This document shows, piece after piece, positions 1 through 9,006 of a DNA stretch of 32,000 nt. Position 1 is the first letter of the stretch; each line of letters opens with the position of its first letter. The notes below the pieces were generated by a model. It worked only from the letters and a program-made list of their open reading frames with translations, was not told the DNA's origin and did no database searches. The DNA is from Pyrodictium abyssi. GTDB taxonomy: Archaea > Thermoproteota > Thermoprotei_A > Sulfolobales > Pyrodictiaceae. The translations under genes and the position numbers were made by a program. The stretch is taken from the NCBI RefSeq assembly GCF_036323395.1, contig NZ_AP028907.1, positions 330,001 to 362,000 of the forward strand, in the 5' to 3' direction.

Positions 1-2
1 GC

Positions 3-155
3 GAGGAATGGCTAAGCAAACGGCTAGAAATGGAAGGGCTAAGTCCGCGCATAGAACGCTTAGAGGAGAAGAAGAACTGTAGCCTCTGCAGTACTACGAA
101 GATAGCGTGTAGGGCGGCACGTATAGCAGAGACGAGCAACATGTGTAACGGATAG
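3..155 (+). CDS. possible 3' end of a CDS cut by the window edge (Cys-rich C-terminal tail)
   Basis: A frame is open from the left edge to TAG 153-155. It reads ...EEWLSKRLEMEGLSPRIERLEEKKNCSLCSTTKIACRAARIAETSNMCNG*, with CxxC...C...C spacing. No start is visible and the fragment is short, so this is weak. Confidence 0.25.
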   Translation, partial: EEWLSKRLEMEGLSPRIERLEEKKNCSLCSTTKIACRAARIAETSNMCNG

Positions 156-170
156 CGCCTAGCCCCTCGT

Positions 171-797
171 CTAGTAGCCCTCAGTGTAGAGGGCGTAGAT
201 CCGTTTCAGCTCCTCCACGGGGTTCTCGGAGTAGTCTACCCGGAGGTCTACTACGCGGTCGTAGTAGGGCGCATACTCGGTCTGGCCTACAACCAGGAGC
301 GCGGCAGAACGGTCCCCTCTACGGTCGCCACCCGCCCGGTGGCCAGCCTCTATTGCAGCGAGCAACTTGTCTGCAAGCCCGCCCTTAGCTGTGACGAACG
401 CCTTGATGGCCGCCCTGCAGACCTCTGGGCCCTTAACAAGGTTTGCTATGCAGACAAGAGGCTCTTGTGGATGAACTATGTAGCCGTGCCAGCTCGGGGA
501 CCACTCTCCATCGTGTACAGCGATATCGCCCCGGTAGTCTATCACGGCAACCTGGCGGTGCGCGGGGCTAGGATCCCGCGCGAGCGCCATGCGGAGGGCC
601 TCTTCCGCGCTAGACGCCTTTGAGAGGAATTCCAGCACCATTGGGGCTAGTGCGGGGTTCGTGTAAGCCTGCGTAGCAACTACTCCTACACCGTGCCTGC
701 CCCATGGCACTCTTGAGCCTACAGATACACTTCCCGACACAACTGCCACGCCAGCCTGGCCGAGCAGAGGGTCGTAGGCTAGAATACTGTAGGTCAA
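171..797 (-). CDS. DUF1028-family protein (Ntn-hydrolase-like fold)
   Basis: The track ORF is 171..911. An internal TTG at 797, preceded by GGGTGG (SD-like), gives the N-terminus M-TYSILAYDP. This matches the MT[FY]SI[VL]A.D start I recall for DUF1028, where Thr2 is the nucleophile. The rest (GVAVVSGS...VATQA..NP) fits the family. The 38-aa upstream extension looks non-native. Confidence 0.65.
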   Translation of the reverse strand: MTYSILAYDPLLGQAGVAVVSGSVSVGSRVPWGRHGVGVVATQAYTNPALAPMVLEFLSKASSAEEALRMALARDPSPAHRQVAVIDYRGDIAVHDGEWSPSWHGYIVHPQEPLVCIANLVKGPEVCRAAIKAFVTAKGGLADKLLAAIEAGHRAGGDRRGDRSAALLVVGQTEYAPYYDRVVDLRVDYSENPVEELKRIYALYTEGY

Positions 798-992
798 GAC
801 ATAGCCACCCAGAGGGCGTTGAGGCCTTACACCCGGCAGTAGCCCATACCAGAACACTATACCGGGTAAGCTAATTATGTGTGGAGCTAGGCGCGGGAGG
901 CCTCCTAGCATACCGGGCTCTAATGAAGTTAGAAACTGTACAGGCAGAGGATTAGGGGTCCTATGACATAGGCTTACCGTGGTCCGGTACGG

Positions 993-1196
993 CTAGACCT
1001 GGTAGAGCTGGCGCCTAGTCTCCTCTGGAACCTCGTCCTCCTTGAGCACAGGGAACGATACCGGCGGCTCTCTCCTCTTAGGCCCTACCACTATGTATTT
1101 GGACGCGTCGTCTTCCCGGCTCTTGAGAACACGTACCTTGACATACCACCCGTCGTTGCGGAGTACGTAGGCGTATTTACCGTGCTTCCCGCCCAT
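993..1196 (-). CDS. small hypothetical protein (67 aa)
   Basis: ATG ORF with window-typical codon usage and a charged, non-repetitive sequence. It lies upstream of, and on the same strand as, the DUF1028 gene. I recognise no family. Confidence 0.4.
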   Translation of the reverse strand: MGGKHGKYAYVLRNDGWYVKVRVLKSREDDASKYIVVGPKRREPPVSFPVLKEDEVPEETRRQLYQV

Positions 1197-1291
1197 CTTG
1201 TCCTTGCACCCCAGGCCACAGCTCCAGGAGAGCGGCTGGCTATAAGCCTTAGAGTCAGGGCTCTTAGCTACAAGTATGGGGAGGGCAGACT

Positions 1292-1930
1292 ATGAGTGCA
1301 GCCGGGAAGACAAAGGTAGAGGTACCAGAGATACCGGTCAAGGAGGCGGTAGAGCTCCCAGCGGAGAAGACAGCACTAATCATAGTAGATATGCAGAACG
1401 ACTTCGTAAAGCCCCAGGGCCGGCTCTACGTTCCAGCAGCGGAGAAGACCGTTCCGGCGATACGCCGGCTACTAGAACGCGCCCGCAACCATGGAGTGAT
1501 GACAGTGTTTACGAAAGACACACACTACCCTGGCGACCCCGAGCACAGGATCTGGGGTGAGCACGTAGTACGCGGAACCTGGGGATGGGAGATAATCGAC
1601 GAACTGAAGCCAGTCAAAGGGGAGATAGTGATCGAGAAGACTAGGTATGACGGCTTCTACGGTACACCGCTTGACGACCTCCTAAGGGTATACGGAATAG
1701 AGCATTTAGTCATCGTGGGCACGGTGGCCAACATATGTGTCCTGCACACGGCGGGCAGCGCGGCACTAAGATGGTACAAGATATACGTCCCCATGGACGG
1801 TATTAGCGCTCTTAACGAGTTCGACTATTACGTGGCACTACGCCAGATATCATACCTATACCTAAGCACGATAGTCCGGAGTGCTGATGGAGTAAGGTTT
1901 GTAGGCAAAGGGCCCTGGGAGCGCGGATAA
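1292..1930 (+). CDS. pncA: isochorismatase-family cysteine hydrolase, nicotinamidase/pyrazinamidase-like
   Basis: ALIIVDMQNDF (catalytic Asp), FTKDTHYPGDPEH (Lys plus metal-binding D/H cluster) and VANICVLHTA (nucleophile Cys) are all present. The length of 212 aa is typical. Confidence 0.8.
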   Translation: MSAAGKTKVEVPEIPVKEAVELPAEKTALIIVDMQNDFVKPQGRLYVPAAEKTVPAIRRLLERARNHGVMTVFTKDTHYPGDPEHRIWGEHVVRGTWGWEIIDELKPVKGEIVIEKTRYDGFYGTPLDDLLRVYGIEHLVIVGTVANICVLHTAGSAALRWYKIYVPMDGISALNEFDYYVALRQISYLYLSTIVRSADGVRFVGKGPWERG

Positions 1931-1995
1931 CCCAGTACGGCAAACGGCTAGGCGCCAGGAGGCAAGCGGCCCCAAGGGCCCGCCGGAGAGGAGGC

Positions 1996-3855
1996 ATGGA
2001 GCCGGGCAGCAGTAGAGAATTCCCCTACAATGAGCCGAGGAAGGGCCAGCTAGAAGCGGCAAAGAGTATAGCCGAGACAGTACGCAGCGGAGGAGTATTC
2101 ATACTCCACGCGCCAACAGGCTTCGGCAAGACTTCCAGCATAATACATGGCCTACTGCAAGCCGGCGTTGATAGGGTACTGTACGTTGTAAGGACTAAGA
2201 ACGAGATACAGCCGGTGCTAAGAGAACTAAAACGGTTCAACTTAGAGGGGTATAGCTTCCTCTACAGTGCTAGGCGTATGTGTCCGCTACTAGCCGGAGA
2301 AAATCTAAGCCATGAAGACTTCTGGGACACGTGTAGACTCCTACGCCTCCGAGGCGAATGCGCATACTTCACGAAGCTCGAGGAGCTACAGGCTAGCGAC
2401 GTCGCCGAGGTGCTGGAGCACTCTGGCTCTATGCCTCAGAAGGCCGTTAAACTGCTGGCGGCACAAGGGTACTGCCCCTTCTTCGCGCTAAAGCTGGCTG
2501 CTACAGAGGCATCCTTCATAGTCGCCACATACCCCTACCTGTTCCGGCCAGACATATTCCAGGGAACGTTCGAGCCACTAGACTACGAAGACTTCGTAGT
2601 AGTGGTAGACGAGGCGCACTCACTCCTAAACATAACCAGCCTGCTAGAAGCGAGGATAACGCTAGAGGATCTGAAGAACGCCGCTAGGGAGATAGAGGAG
2701 TACGAGCTCCCAGAAGACATGGCGCGAGCGCTCGAGCTGCTCGGCTCGGAGATAGCCCGGAATAAGCCAGGAGGCCGGAAGCTACGCCGTATAAGCCGTG
2801 AAAAGCTGCTCAAAATACTCGGGGATCACGAAAGCTGGATAGACGCTGCGCAGGAGGTACGCATAGCTAAGATGAAAGAGAGGCTGGAAGAGGGCCAGCC
2901 AGTAAAACTAAGTGTAGCCCTCGCCCGGGTAGCTAGGTTCGCTGAGCTACTCGCACTAGAGGGGACCGGGGTCTACACCTACAGTAGCAACGGCCGCGTC
3001 GGAGCCACAGTCTTGCCCCTAGAGCCGTGCATCGTTACACGTAAGCCCCTCAACGAGTCTAAGGCGGTGGTACTCGCTAGTGGTACGCTGCCAGCATCCT
3101 CTATGCTAAGGGACATGCTCTGCATAGAGAAGCCTATGCGTGTATACGACGTTGAACTGCTCCACGGCCCGGTATTCCCGCCACAAAACCAGTACACAGT
3201 AGTAGCCGCCGAGCTCACGTCAAGATACACTAGTAGAAGTCGCGAGACATACTATCTCTACGCACGCTACATTATAGAGACCTACCGGAATACAGCCAGA
3301 GCAGTCCTGGTAGTATACCCTAGCTACGAGTTTATGCAGAAAGTACTCCAACAGATAAACAGCGTTGCCAGGCACGAGAAGGTAGACATGATAGTAGAGG
3401 ATAAGTCCACCAATATAGAGGACGTGGTGGAGGAGATAAGGAACGGCAAGACGCATGTGTTGATAAACGCTGTTGCCGGCGGAAAGTTGACCGAAGGGAT
3501 AGAGATAGTAGGGGACGATAACAAGAGCCTCGTAGGGACCGTGTTTATAGCTGGTGTGCCATACCCACAGCCCGACGACTACTTCCAGGATCAGTTCAAC
3601 GCGCTGCAACAGAGACTAGGAGAGACCGGCGCGCGCCGGCTTCTGTTCGACTACACCGCCATAGTGAGAACAAGGCAAGCAATCGGCAGAGCTAGGCGCA
3701 GCGCAGAGGACCGTGCTATAGTTGTTCTCGGTGACAGTCGGTTCATGCGGAGGACTCTGCGCGAATACCTGAGAATGAGGATAGATAAGGTAGTATTTAA
3801 TATAGAAGAGTATAGTAGTGTTATACGAAGCACCGCAGAAGCCTTTAACGTTTAA
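1996..3855 (+). CDS. xpd: XPD/Rad3-type 5'-3' DNA helicase with FeS domain
   Basis: Walker A is APTGFGKTS, the DEAH box is VVVDEAHSL, and motif VI is TRQAIGRARR. Four Cys sit between motifs I and II (MCPLL, DTCRLL, GECAYF, GYCPFF), consistent with a 4Fe-4S cluster. The C-terminal half (VYPSYEFM...GKLTEGIE...GVPYPQPDD) is typical of archaeal XPD. Confidence 0.9.
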   Translation: MEPGSSREFPYNEPRKGQLEAAKSIAETVRSGGVFILHAPTGFGKTSSIIHGLLQAGVDRVLYVVRTKNEIQPVLRELKRFNLEGYSFLYSARRMCPLLAGENLSHEDFWDTCRLLRLRGECAYFTKLEELQASDVAEVLEHSGSMPQKAVKLLAAQGYCPFFALKLAATEASFIVATYPYLFRPDIFQGTFEPLDYEDFVVVVDEAHSLLNITSLLEARITLEDLKNAAREIEEYELPEDMARALELLGSEIARNKPGGRKLRRISREKLLKILGDHESWIDAAQEVRIAKMKERLEEGQPVKLSVALARVARFAELLALEGTGVYTYSSNGRVGATVLPLEPCIVTRKPLNESKAVVLASGTLPASSMLRDMLCIEKPMRVYDVELLHGPVFPPQNQYTVVAAELTSRYTSRSRETYYLYARYIIETYRNTARAVLVVYPSYEFMQKVLQQINSVARHEKVDMIVEDKSTNIEDVVEEIRNGKTHVLINAVAGGKLTEGIEIVGDDNKSLVGTVFIAGVPYPQPDDYFQDQFNALQQRLGETGARRLLFDYTAIVRTRQAIGRARRSAEDRAIVVLGDSRFMRRTLREYLRMRIDKVVFNIEEYSSVIRSTAEAFNV

Positions 3856-3924
3856 ACAGTCAGCAGTACTACGACACAGTACACGAGGCATTTAAAAACC
3901 AGGACATGCTGTAGCCGTTCCTAC

Positions 3925-4160
3925 ACGAGTGAACCCCGGTCCCCTGCAACACGACCCCGTGTCGTCGGGGGATAGATGGGCAGGGGGCGGGTCACTCCCG
4001 GCCGCATCCCCATCCACACAACACCTTTACGCGGACTAGGACCCGGCTTTCTCGGAGAGCCGCAGCTGGATGGTTAGGATTAAATCCACTCAGTAGTGTA
4101 GAAGCCCTATACTGTGGCCCCTTAAAGGGGCCAGCACGGGCAGCGCTAGAAGCGAGGGGG
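3925..4160 (+). ncRNA. candidate structured RNA or long structured 5' leader (unnamed)
   Basis: A TATA-like TTTAAAAA at 3891-3898 is followed by a GC-rich, ORF-poor stretch with strong helices. These are 3940-3972 (TCCCC..ACGAC-cccgt-GTCGT..GGGGA), 3975-4014 (GATGGG...CCCATC), 4077-4087 (GGAT-taa-ATCC) and 4115-4133 (TGGCCCC-ttaaa-GGGGCCA). I found no RNase P or SRP signature motifs. Strand is inferred only from the TATA box. Confidence 0.25.
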
Positions 4161-4166
4161 TAAACC

Positions 4167-4340
4167 GTGCCAGCAACTGATGTAGAGAGCCTTGTGTCTG
4201 AGGCTCGTAAGAAGTTTGAAGAAATATACAAGAGCTATGTCAAGGAGATAGAAGAGGAAGCCAGACGTGTAGTATCCCAGAGGCTAAGCCAGATAGAGCC
4301 GATAAAGAAGGAAATAGTCAACTCGCTAAGACACATCTAG
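4167..4340 (+). CDS. small coiled-coil protein (57 aa), GTG start; not in ORF track (<60 aa)
   Basis: GTG 4167 is preceded by GAGGGGG (4154-4160). The translation is VPATDVESLVSEARKKFEEIYKSYVKEIEEEARRVVSQRLSQIEPIKKEIVNSLRHI*. It is heptad-like, charged and not low-complexity. A T5 run at 4370-4374 follows the stop. Confidence 0.35.
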   Translation: MPATDVESLVSEARKKFEEIYKSYVKEIEEEARRVVSQRLSQIEPIKKEIVNSLRHI

Positions 4341-4369
4341 ATGTCTCTACAGTTCTGTGTGACGCGGAG

Positions 4370-4374
4370 TTTTT
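4370..4374 (+). terminator. T5 tract, possible archaeal terminator for the small + strand transcript
   Basis: The tract gagTTTTTcac lies 30 nt after the 4340 stop. Oligo-T is the archaeal termination signal. It overlaps the stop codon of the convergent ABC ATPase gene. Confidence 0.3.
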
Positions 4375-5477
4375 CACGTATGCTCCATAGCCTCTCTTAC
4401 TATCTCCTCTTCTACCGGGTACGCGTGCAGGTTCCTAAGAGGCACGTACACCTCCACATCGCTTCCAACGCTCGGCGGTGTAACGTCGCTTGGTAGATCA
4501 AGTAGAACCTCGTAATTAGCACCCGGCAGCACTAGCCTAATCTCGATGAAGGAGCCAAGATACATCGAGACCGAGACACGGCCCCTCATGGTCTCGTAGC
4601 TCTCCGGGTCGCGTGGAGCAGTTAGCCGGGCACCCTCAGCCTTTATAACCACGGCTGCTTCGTCGCCGCGGCCTAGCCCGTGGTTCACGGCTCTTAGCCT
4701 GGCTTCACCAACCCTCACAATAGCCGTACTGCCCTGTAGGTCTTCGACTCTACCTAGTATCAGCGACGTCCGGCCGAGGAAGACAGCTGTGAAGAGCGTC
4801 TGAGGGTTCGTGTAAAGCTCCTCGGGACGCCCTACCTGCTCTATACGACCATCCCGCATTATAGCCATTCTGTCCGAGAGAGACATGGCCTCTTCCTGGT
4901 CGTGCGTAACGTATATCATAGTTATGCCTAGCTGCCTCTGAAGCTTCTTGAGCTCGCCGCGCAGCTTTAGCCGAAGCTTTGCGTCGAGATTACTAAGTGG
5001 CTCGTCAAGAAGCAGCACCCTAGGCTGGACGGCTAGAGCACGCGCGAGTGCGACACGCTGCTGCTGGCCGCCGCTAAGCTGCCCGGGGAACCGGTTCTCG
5101 AACCCCTCCAGGCCGAGCAGCTCTAGGACCCACTTCACGCGCCTATCTATCTCCTCGCGGGGCAGCTTCCGCAGCTTCAGCCCAAAGGCTATATTCTCGT
5201 AGACAGTCATGTGGGGCCACAGGGCCCAGTTCTGGAACACCATCACAGTGCCGCGCTTGTCCGGAGGCATATCGGTTACGTCCTCACTCTCGAAGTAGAC
5301 CCGGCCCTCGTCGGGCGTCTCGAAGCCAGCTATAATACGGAGAAGCGTTGTCTTTCCACAGCCGCTTGGGCCAAGTATAGAGAACAGCTCGCCCTTCTCT
5401 ATGCTAAGGTCTACGCCTTTCAATGCCGTGGTCTTGCCGAAGCGTTTAACAACACCCCTGACGTCTATGAACGGCAA
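4374..5477 (-). CDS. ABC transporter ATP-binding protein (PotA/FbpC/CysA-like, with C-terminal TOBE-like domain)
   Basis: Walker A is GPSGCGKTT, the signature is LSGGQQQR, Walker B is LLLDEP and the H-loop is YVTHD. The start codon is TTG at 5477, with GGTGAAGGGTG upstream. Confidence 0.9.
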   Translation of the reverse strand: MPFIDVRGVVKRFGKTTALKGVDLSIEKGELFSILGPSGCGKTTLLRIIAGFETPDEGRVYFESEDVTDMPPDKRGTVMVFQNWALWPHMTVYENIAFGLKLRKLPREEIDRRVKWVLELLGLEGFENRFPGQLSGGQQQRVALARALAVQPRVLLLDEPLSNLDAKLRLKLRGELKKLQRQLGITMIYVTHDQEEAMSLSDRMAIMRDGRIEQVGRPEELYTNPQTLFTAVFLGRTSLILGRVEDLQGSTAIVRVGEARLRAVNHGLGRGDEAAVVIKAEGARLTAPRDPESYETMRGRVSVSMYLGSFIEIRLVLPGANYEVLLDLPSDVTPPSVGSDVEVYVPLRNLHAYPVEEEIVREAMEHT

Positions 5478-5561
5478 ATCTGTGCACCCTTCACCCCTTC
5501 TCCCGGTTTAGCCACCCCTACGGGGCATAGCCACCTGGTAGACTTGGCAAAAAGAGTAAAC

Positions 5562-7445
5562 CTAGACGGTTACGAGTGCCTGGCCACGGCGTGCAAGCCT
5601 TGATGCAATAGTTATCACTACAGCCTCTATCGCCATCAGTATCACTGCCAGAGCTGCAGCCTTTGCATGAGGCTGAGTACCACCGGCTACCACGGTGGCT
5701 TGGGTCGTGAGCTGGAGTATAGCAAACGTTATCGGGCCCACATGGTCTGGTGACACCATGCTACCCTTCAGCCCGCCAAGGGTTATGCTCACACTAACCT
5801 CGCTAAGCACGTAGATAGCGCTCAGCAATAGACCGGCCACTATGCCTCTCCACACAAGAGGCAGCACTATCCTCCGAATCACCCGGGCACGACGCGCCCC
5901 CAGGCTCCGTGCAGCCTCCTCCAGCTCCTCCGGCGTCTGTATGACAGCTGTGAACACCGAGCGCACTGTGAACGGTATCTTCCTCATAACATAGGCTAGC
6001 ACTAGTACATGTGCTGGGAAGAGCACCGGGTCGAGCATTGAGCCCTGGAAGTAGGTTGTGAAGAACACGTAGTAGCTAAACGCGACTACGAGACCTGGCA
6101 CAGCAAGTGGCAGCGACGACAGTATGTCGAGGATGGATGCGCCTGGCAGTCGTGCGCGAGCCGTAGCATAGCCGGCCATGAAGCCAAGCAGCGCTATGAA
6201 TACGAGCGCTTGCGCCACGTATGATAGACTGTTGTATATGCTCCTCATTACGCCCTCCATCTCAGCCAGCGTGGCAAAGTTTGTGAACATGCTGCCGGGC
6301 GGTAGGAGTTCTGGTAGCGGGCCGATCCACTTCTTGCTAAACGCTAGGATTACGACGCCTATCTGGGGTGCGGCTGCAGTGGCTATCACGGGTAGTACAA
6401 CCAGGTACACAGCAGCAAGCCCGCGGCGGCCTAGCCGAAGCCCACGGAACGGTCTCGGTGCACCCCGTGCTAGCCGGGCGTAGTATCTTAGGCTCAGGTA
6501 CCTCCTAACAACGATGAGAGGTAGTGCGGCGAAGACTAGCATTAGGAAGCTTAGAGCAGCTACTGCGGGGCGGGAAGCCTCGCTGCCCACGCTCTGGAAG
6601 TACTGGTATATCTGATACGCCATAACCTTGTGGAAACGAAAGATTATAGGCGCGCCAACATCCTCAAGGCTCAGGATGAACACGAGTGACGAGCCTGCTA
6701 GAACACCGGGCATGACCAGTGGGAGAATTATGCTCCTTATCAGCCGCCAGCCGCGTGCACCGAGATTGATAGCTTGTTCCACAAGTGTTGCGTCAATTGC
6801 ACCGAGTGCGGCAAGAGTGTTTATGTAGACTATGGGGTAGAACATTAGTATCTGTGCAAGGGCTACTCCGGCTTGGCCGCTAAATTCTATCATTATGTTC
6901 TTGTCGATAAGGGGTCTAGTTATCTCGCTAAGTATGTAGGAGAAGGTATTGAATGTAAAGCTCTTACCGAAGTAGCGTTGCATCACATAAGCATTAACAA
7001 AGGGTGCTATCAGCAAGGGTATATAGGCTAGTATAGCTAATAGCCTCCTTCCGGGGAATCTGTAGAGGCCTATAAGTATAGCTGTAGTAGAGCCTATCAA
7101 TGCAGCAATGAATGTAACGAGCAGGGCGTTTACGACACTATTTCCTATAACGCCTAGATCGAAACCATTAACTGAGATACGTATTATGTTTGGTAGTTCT
7201 CTTACTGTTATGAAGTTGCTAAAAGCTTCCGGGCTTAAGTCTATGTAGTAGCTTGATGTGAGCTCCCCAAAGTCCATCTTAGAGGCTTCAACAACTACTA
7301 TGAAGAGTGGAGCAACGAATCCAAAAAGCATGGCTAGGAGCGGGATATAGAGGAGAAGAACTATCTCGAGATCAGTCCTAGCTCTGGGGGCTATCCTCGA
7401 CGCGATACGCCTGAGCGATGATGGGATGTTAGCTGCCAAGGGCAC
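5562..7445 (-). CDS. fused double-domain ABC permease (FbpB/ThiP-type, about 12 TM)
   Basis: There are two tandem MetI-like permease halves, each with many hydrophobic helices. The track ORF extends to 7490. GTG at 7445 (VPLAAN...) overlaps the upstream SBP stop by 17 nt, which is typical operon coupling, so I prefer it. Confidence 0.8.
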   Translation of the reverse strand: MPLAANIPSSLRRIASRIAPRARTDLEIVLLLYIPLLAMLFGFVAPLFIVVVEASKMDFGELTSSYYIDLSPEAFSNFITVRELPNIIRISVNGFDLGVIGNSVVNALLVTFIAALIGSTTAILIGLYRFPGRRLLAILAYIPLLIAPFVNAYVMQRYFGKSFTFNTFSYILSEITRPLIDKNIMIEFSGQAGVALAQILMFYPIVYINTLAALGAIDATLVEQAINLGARGWRLIRSIILPLVMPGVLAGSSLVFILSLEDVGAPIIFRFHKVMAYQIYQYFQSVGSEASRPAVAALSFLMLVFAALPLIVVRRYLSLRYYARLARGAPRPFRGLRLGRRGLAAVYLVVLPVIATAAAPQIGVVILAFSKKWIGPLPELLPPGSMFTNFATLAEMEGVMRSIYNSLSYVAQALVFIALLGFMAGYATARARLPGASILDILSSLPLAVPGLVVAFSYYVFFTTYFQGSMLDPVLFPAHVLVLAYVMRKIPFTVRSVFTAVIQTPEELEEAARSLGARRARVIRRIVLPLVWRGIVAGLLLSAIYVLSEVSVSITLGGLKGSMVSPDHVGPITFAILQLTTQATVVAGGTQPHAKAAALAVILMAIEAVVITIASRLARRGQALVTV

Positions 7446-9006
7446 TAAGTACCTCCTCGTACTTCTGCTTGGCAGCCTCACGCCAGGCATTCATGTATGC
7501 CTCTTTAAGGTTAATGTGCTCCTTTAGAATCTTGTTGACACGTAGCGCGTCGTCGAGAGTAAATACTCTCTCTTCGCCGGTTACCGGGTCCTTGTACTTG
7601 ACTAAGTCAGTGAGCTTCTGCTTTAGAGCTTTGAACGTGGCCTCGTCTATACGGTGGTCTATGTAGTATGCTTTCAGTAGCTCTGTCCAAGCTCTCTGGA
7701 GCAGGTCGTGCTGGTCCACGAGGGTCGCTACAAAGTATAGCTGCATCGCGAACTCGGTCTCAAGGGCTAGTGTATCGTTGAACTCTATCACCTTGGCCTT
7801 CATGGCGCGGTAGAACGCGTTCTTGAGGTCGGAGCGCTTCTGGCCCTCGGGGGTCTCGAATACCTTCGGGTTGGCTGGTAGCCTGTTTATGTTGGGGTCT
7901 AGCCATATCTTCTGGCCCTCGGTCAGCACCCATGCTATGAAGGCTTCGGCAGCCTCTGGGTGCTTTGTGGACTTGGTGACGGCTATGGGGTCGCCGTTTA
8001 CTATAGTCTCGCCCTGGGGCAGTATATACCTGCATGCTGGGTTGAGGCTCTCTGCGGTGTAGCCATAGAAGTCTATGGTTATGCCGACCATTACGTCGCC
8101 GTTTATGACGTCGTCGCGTACGATGGCGCTACCCTCTTCTATGCGCGCGTTGGCGGCCATCAGTGTTAGGACACGCCAGCCCTCCTCCCAGCCGTAGGCC
8201 TGTAGAATTATCTCGTAGATCCTCGTGTTGCTGGTGCTTTGTAGTGGATTGGCTATAGCGAGGGCTGGTACACCGTACTGCACGAGTATAAGGCCGAGAT
8301 CGTCGCTAGCAAGGCTCCGCCAGGAGTTGAGCTTGTTTACGTCGAAGCCGAGCTGTTGTGCCACCTCGGTGTTAACAGTGAAGCCGAAGCTAGCAATGGC
8401 TGCTGCGACCCAGTATATCCTGCCGTCCTTGTCTGTGCGCTTTAGCGGCATGCCCGCGAAGCGGTCCGGTACCTGGCTGGCCGCGTCAAGGGCTAGTTTC
8501 GTCTCTAGTGGGCGGAGTAGGCCTTTGACGTAGAGGTCGTCAAATAGCGTTGGACCGCCACCCCATGCTACGTCTATGCTCTGCTTCTCGATGTAGGTTG
8601 GCCAGAAGCCTGCGGGCACCGGTAGGAACCTCACGTTGGTTATACAGAAGCGCTTAGCTATGTCAGACTTTAGGAACAAGTCCTTTGCCTTCTCCTGGAT
8701 ATCTGCAGGGTGTCTTGTGAGGACTACAAGCTCTATCTCCTCCTTGCACTTGCTTGCTTGCTGGGTAGTTGTCGTAGTAGCCTCCTTGGCAGTTGTAGTG
8801 GTTTCCCCGCTAGGCGTGGTAGTAGTTGTTGTCTCGGTAGGTGTGGCCGAAGGCTGTTCCTGTGCTGTCTGAGTCGCCGTCGGTGACTGCGTTGTGGTAG
8901 TCGTGGTAGCCGGAGGCTGTGATGGGGCCCCACGTCCGGCTAGAAGAGCTACGGCTGCAAGCACAGCTATGACTATAATGGCTGCAGCGACGAGGCGCGT
9001 GTTCAC
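7429..9006 (-). CDS. extracellular solute-binding protein (family 1, Fe3+/thiamine AfuA/ThiB-like), N-terminally anchored with a Thr-rich linker
   Basis: It is the first gene of the SBP-permease-ATPase operon. An N-terminal TM (LVAAAIIVIAVLAAVALLAG) is followed by the linker PATTTTTTQSPTATQ...TTTTTPSGETTTT. The binding domain follows (DVAWGGGPTLFDDLY...). The track ORF runs to 9165, but GTG 9006 (preceded by GGTGGAG) sits just before the TM helix. Confidence 0.8.
   Translation of the reverse strand: MNTRLVAAAIIVIAVLAAVALLAGRGAPSQPPATTTTTTQSPTATQTAQEQPSATPTETTTTTTPSGETTTTAKEATTTTTQQASKCKEEIELVVLTRHPADIQEKAKDLFLKSDIAKRFCITNVRFLPVPAGFWPTYIEKQSIDVAWGGGPTLFDDLYVKGLLRPLETKLALDAASQVPDRFAGMPLKRTDKDGRIYWVAAAIASFGFTVNTEVAQQLGFDVNKLNSWRSLASDDLGLILVQYGVPALAIANPLQSTSNTRIYEIILQAYGWEEGWRVLTLMAANARIEEGSAIVRDDVINGDVMVGITIDFYGYTAESLNPACRYILPQGETIVNGDPIAVTKSTKHPEAAEAFIAWVLTEGQKIWLDPNINRLPANPKVFETPEGQKRSDLKNAFYRAMKAKVIEFNDTLALETEFAMQLYFVATLVDQHDLLQRAWTELLKAYYIDHRIDEATFKALKQKLTDLVKYKDPVTGEERVFTLDDALRVNKILKEHINLKEAYMNAWREAAKQKYEEVLSALGS

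Noticed and set aside
798-911. N-terminal extension of the DUF1028 ORF; similarly 23328-23444 for DUF460, 9007-9165 for the SBP and 29581-29637 for Trm5
   Set aside because: Internal starts with SD-like sequences give family-typical N-termini or operon-coupled overlaps. The extensions have atypical composition.
3925-4160. Possible RNase P RNA or SRP RNA. GGGGGTAAACC and ACCCGGCTTTC resemble RNase P CR-III/CR-V fragments.
   Set aside because: There is no P4 5' strand (GGAAAGUCC-like) able to pair with the CCGGCUU-like segment. The element order and spacing are wrong. No SRP helix-8 motif is present. The downstream sequence is AT-rich and coding-like.
3992-4231. 79-aa ORF on the - strand
   Set aside because: The translation is S/A/R/G-rich with no motif. 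It lies antisense to the structured segment and to the SD and start of the better-supported + strand small ORF. It is probably a GC-driven shadow ORF.
8740-8900. Repetitive ACN-rich DNA, also at 12838-12935
   Set aside because: These are Thr-codon low-complexity runs encoding surface-protein linkers. They are not CRISPR or tandem-repeat elements, as there are no regular repeat-spacer units.
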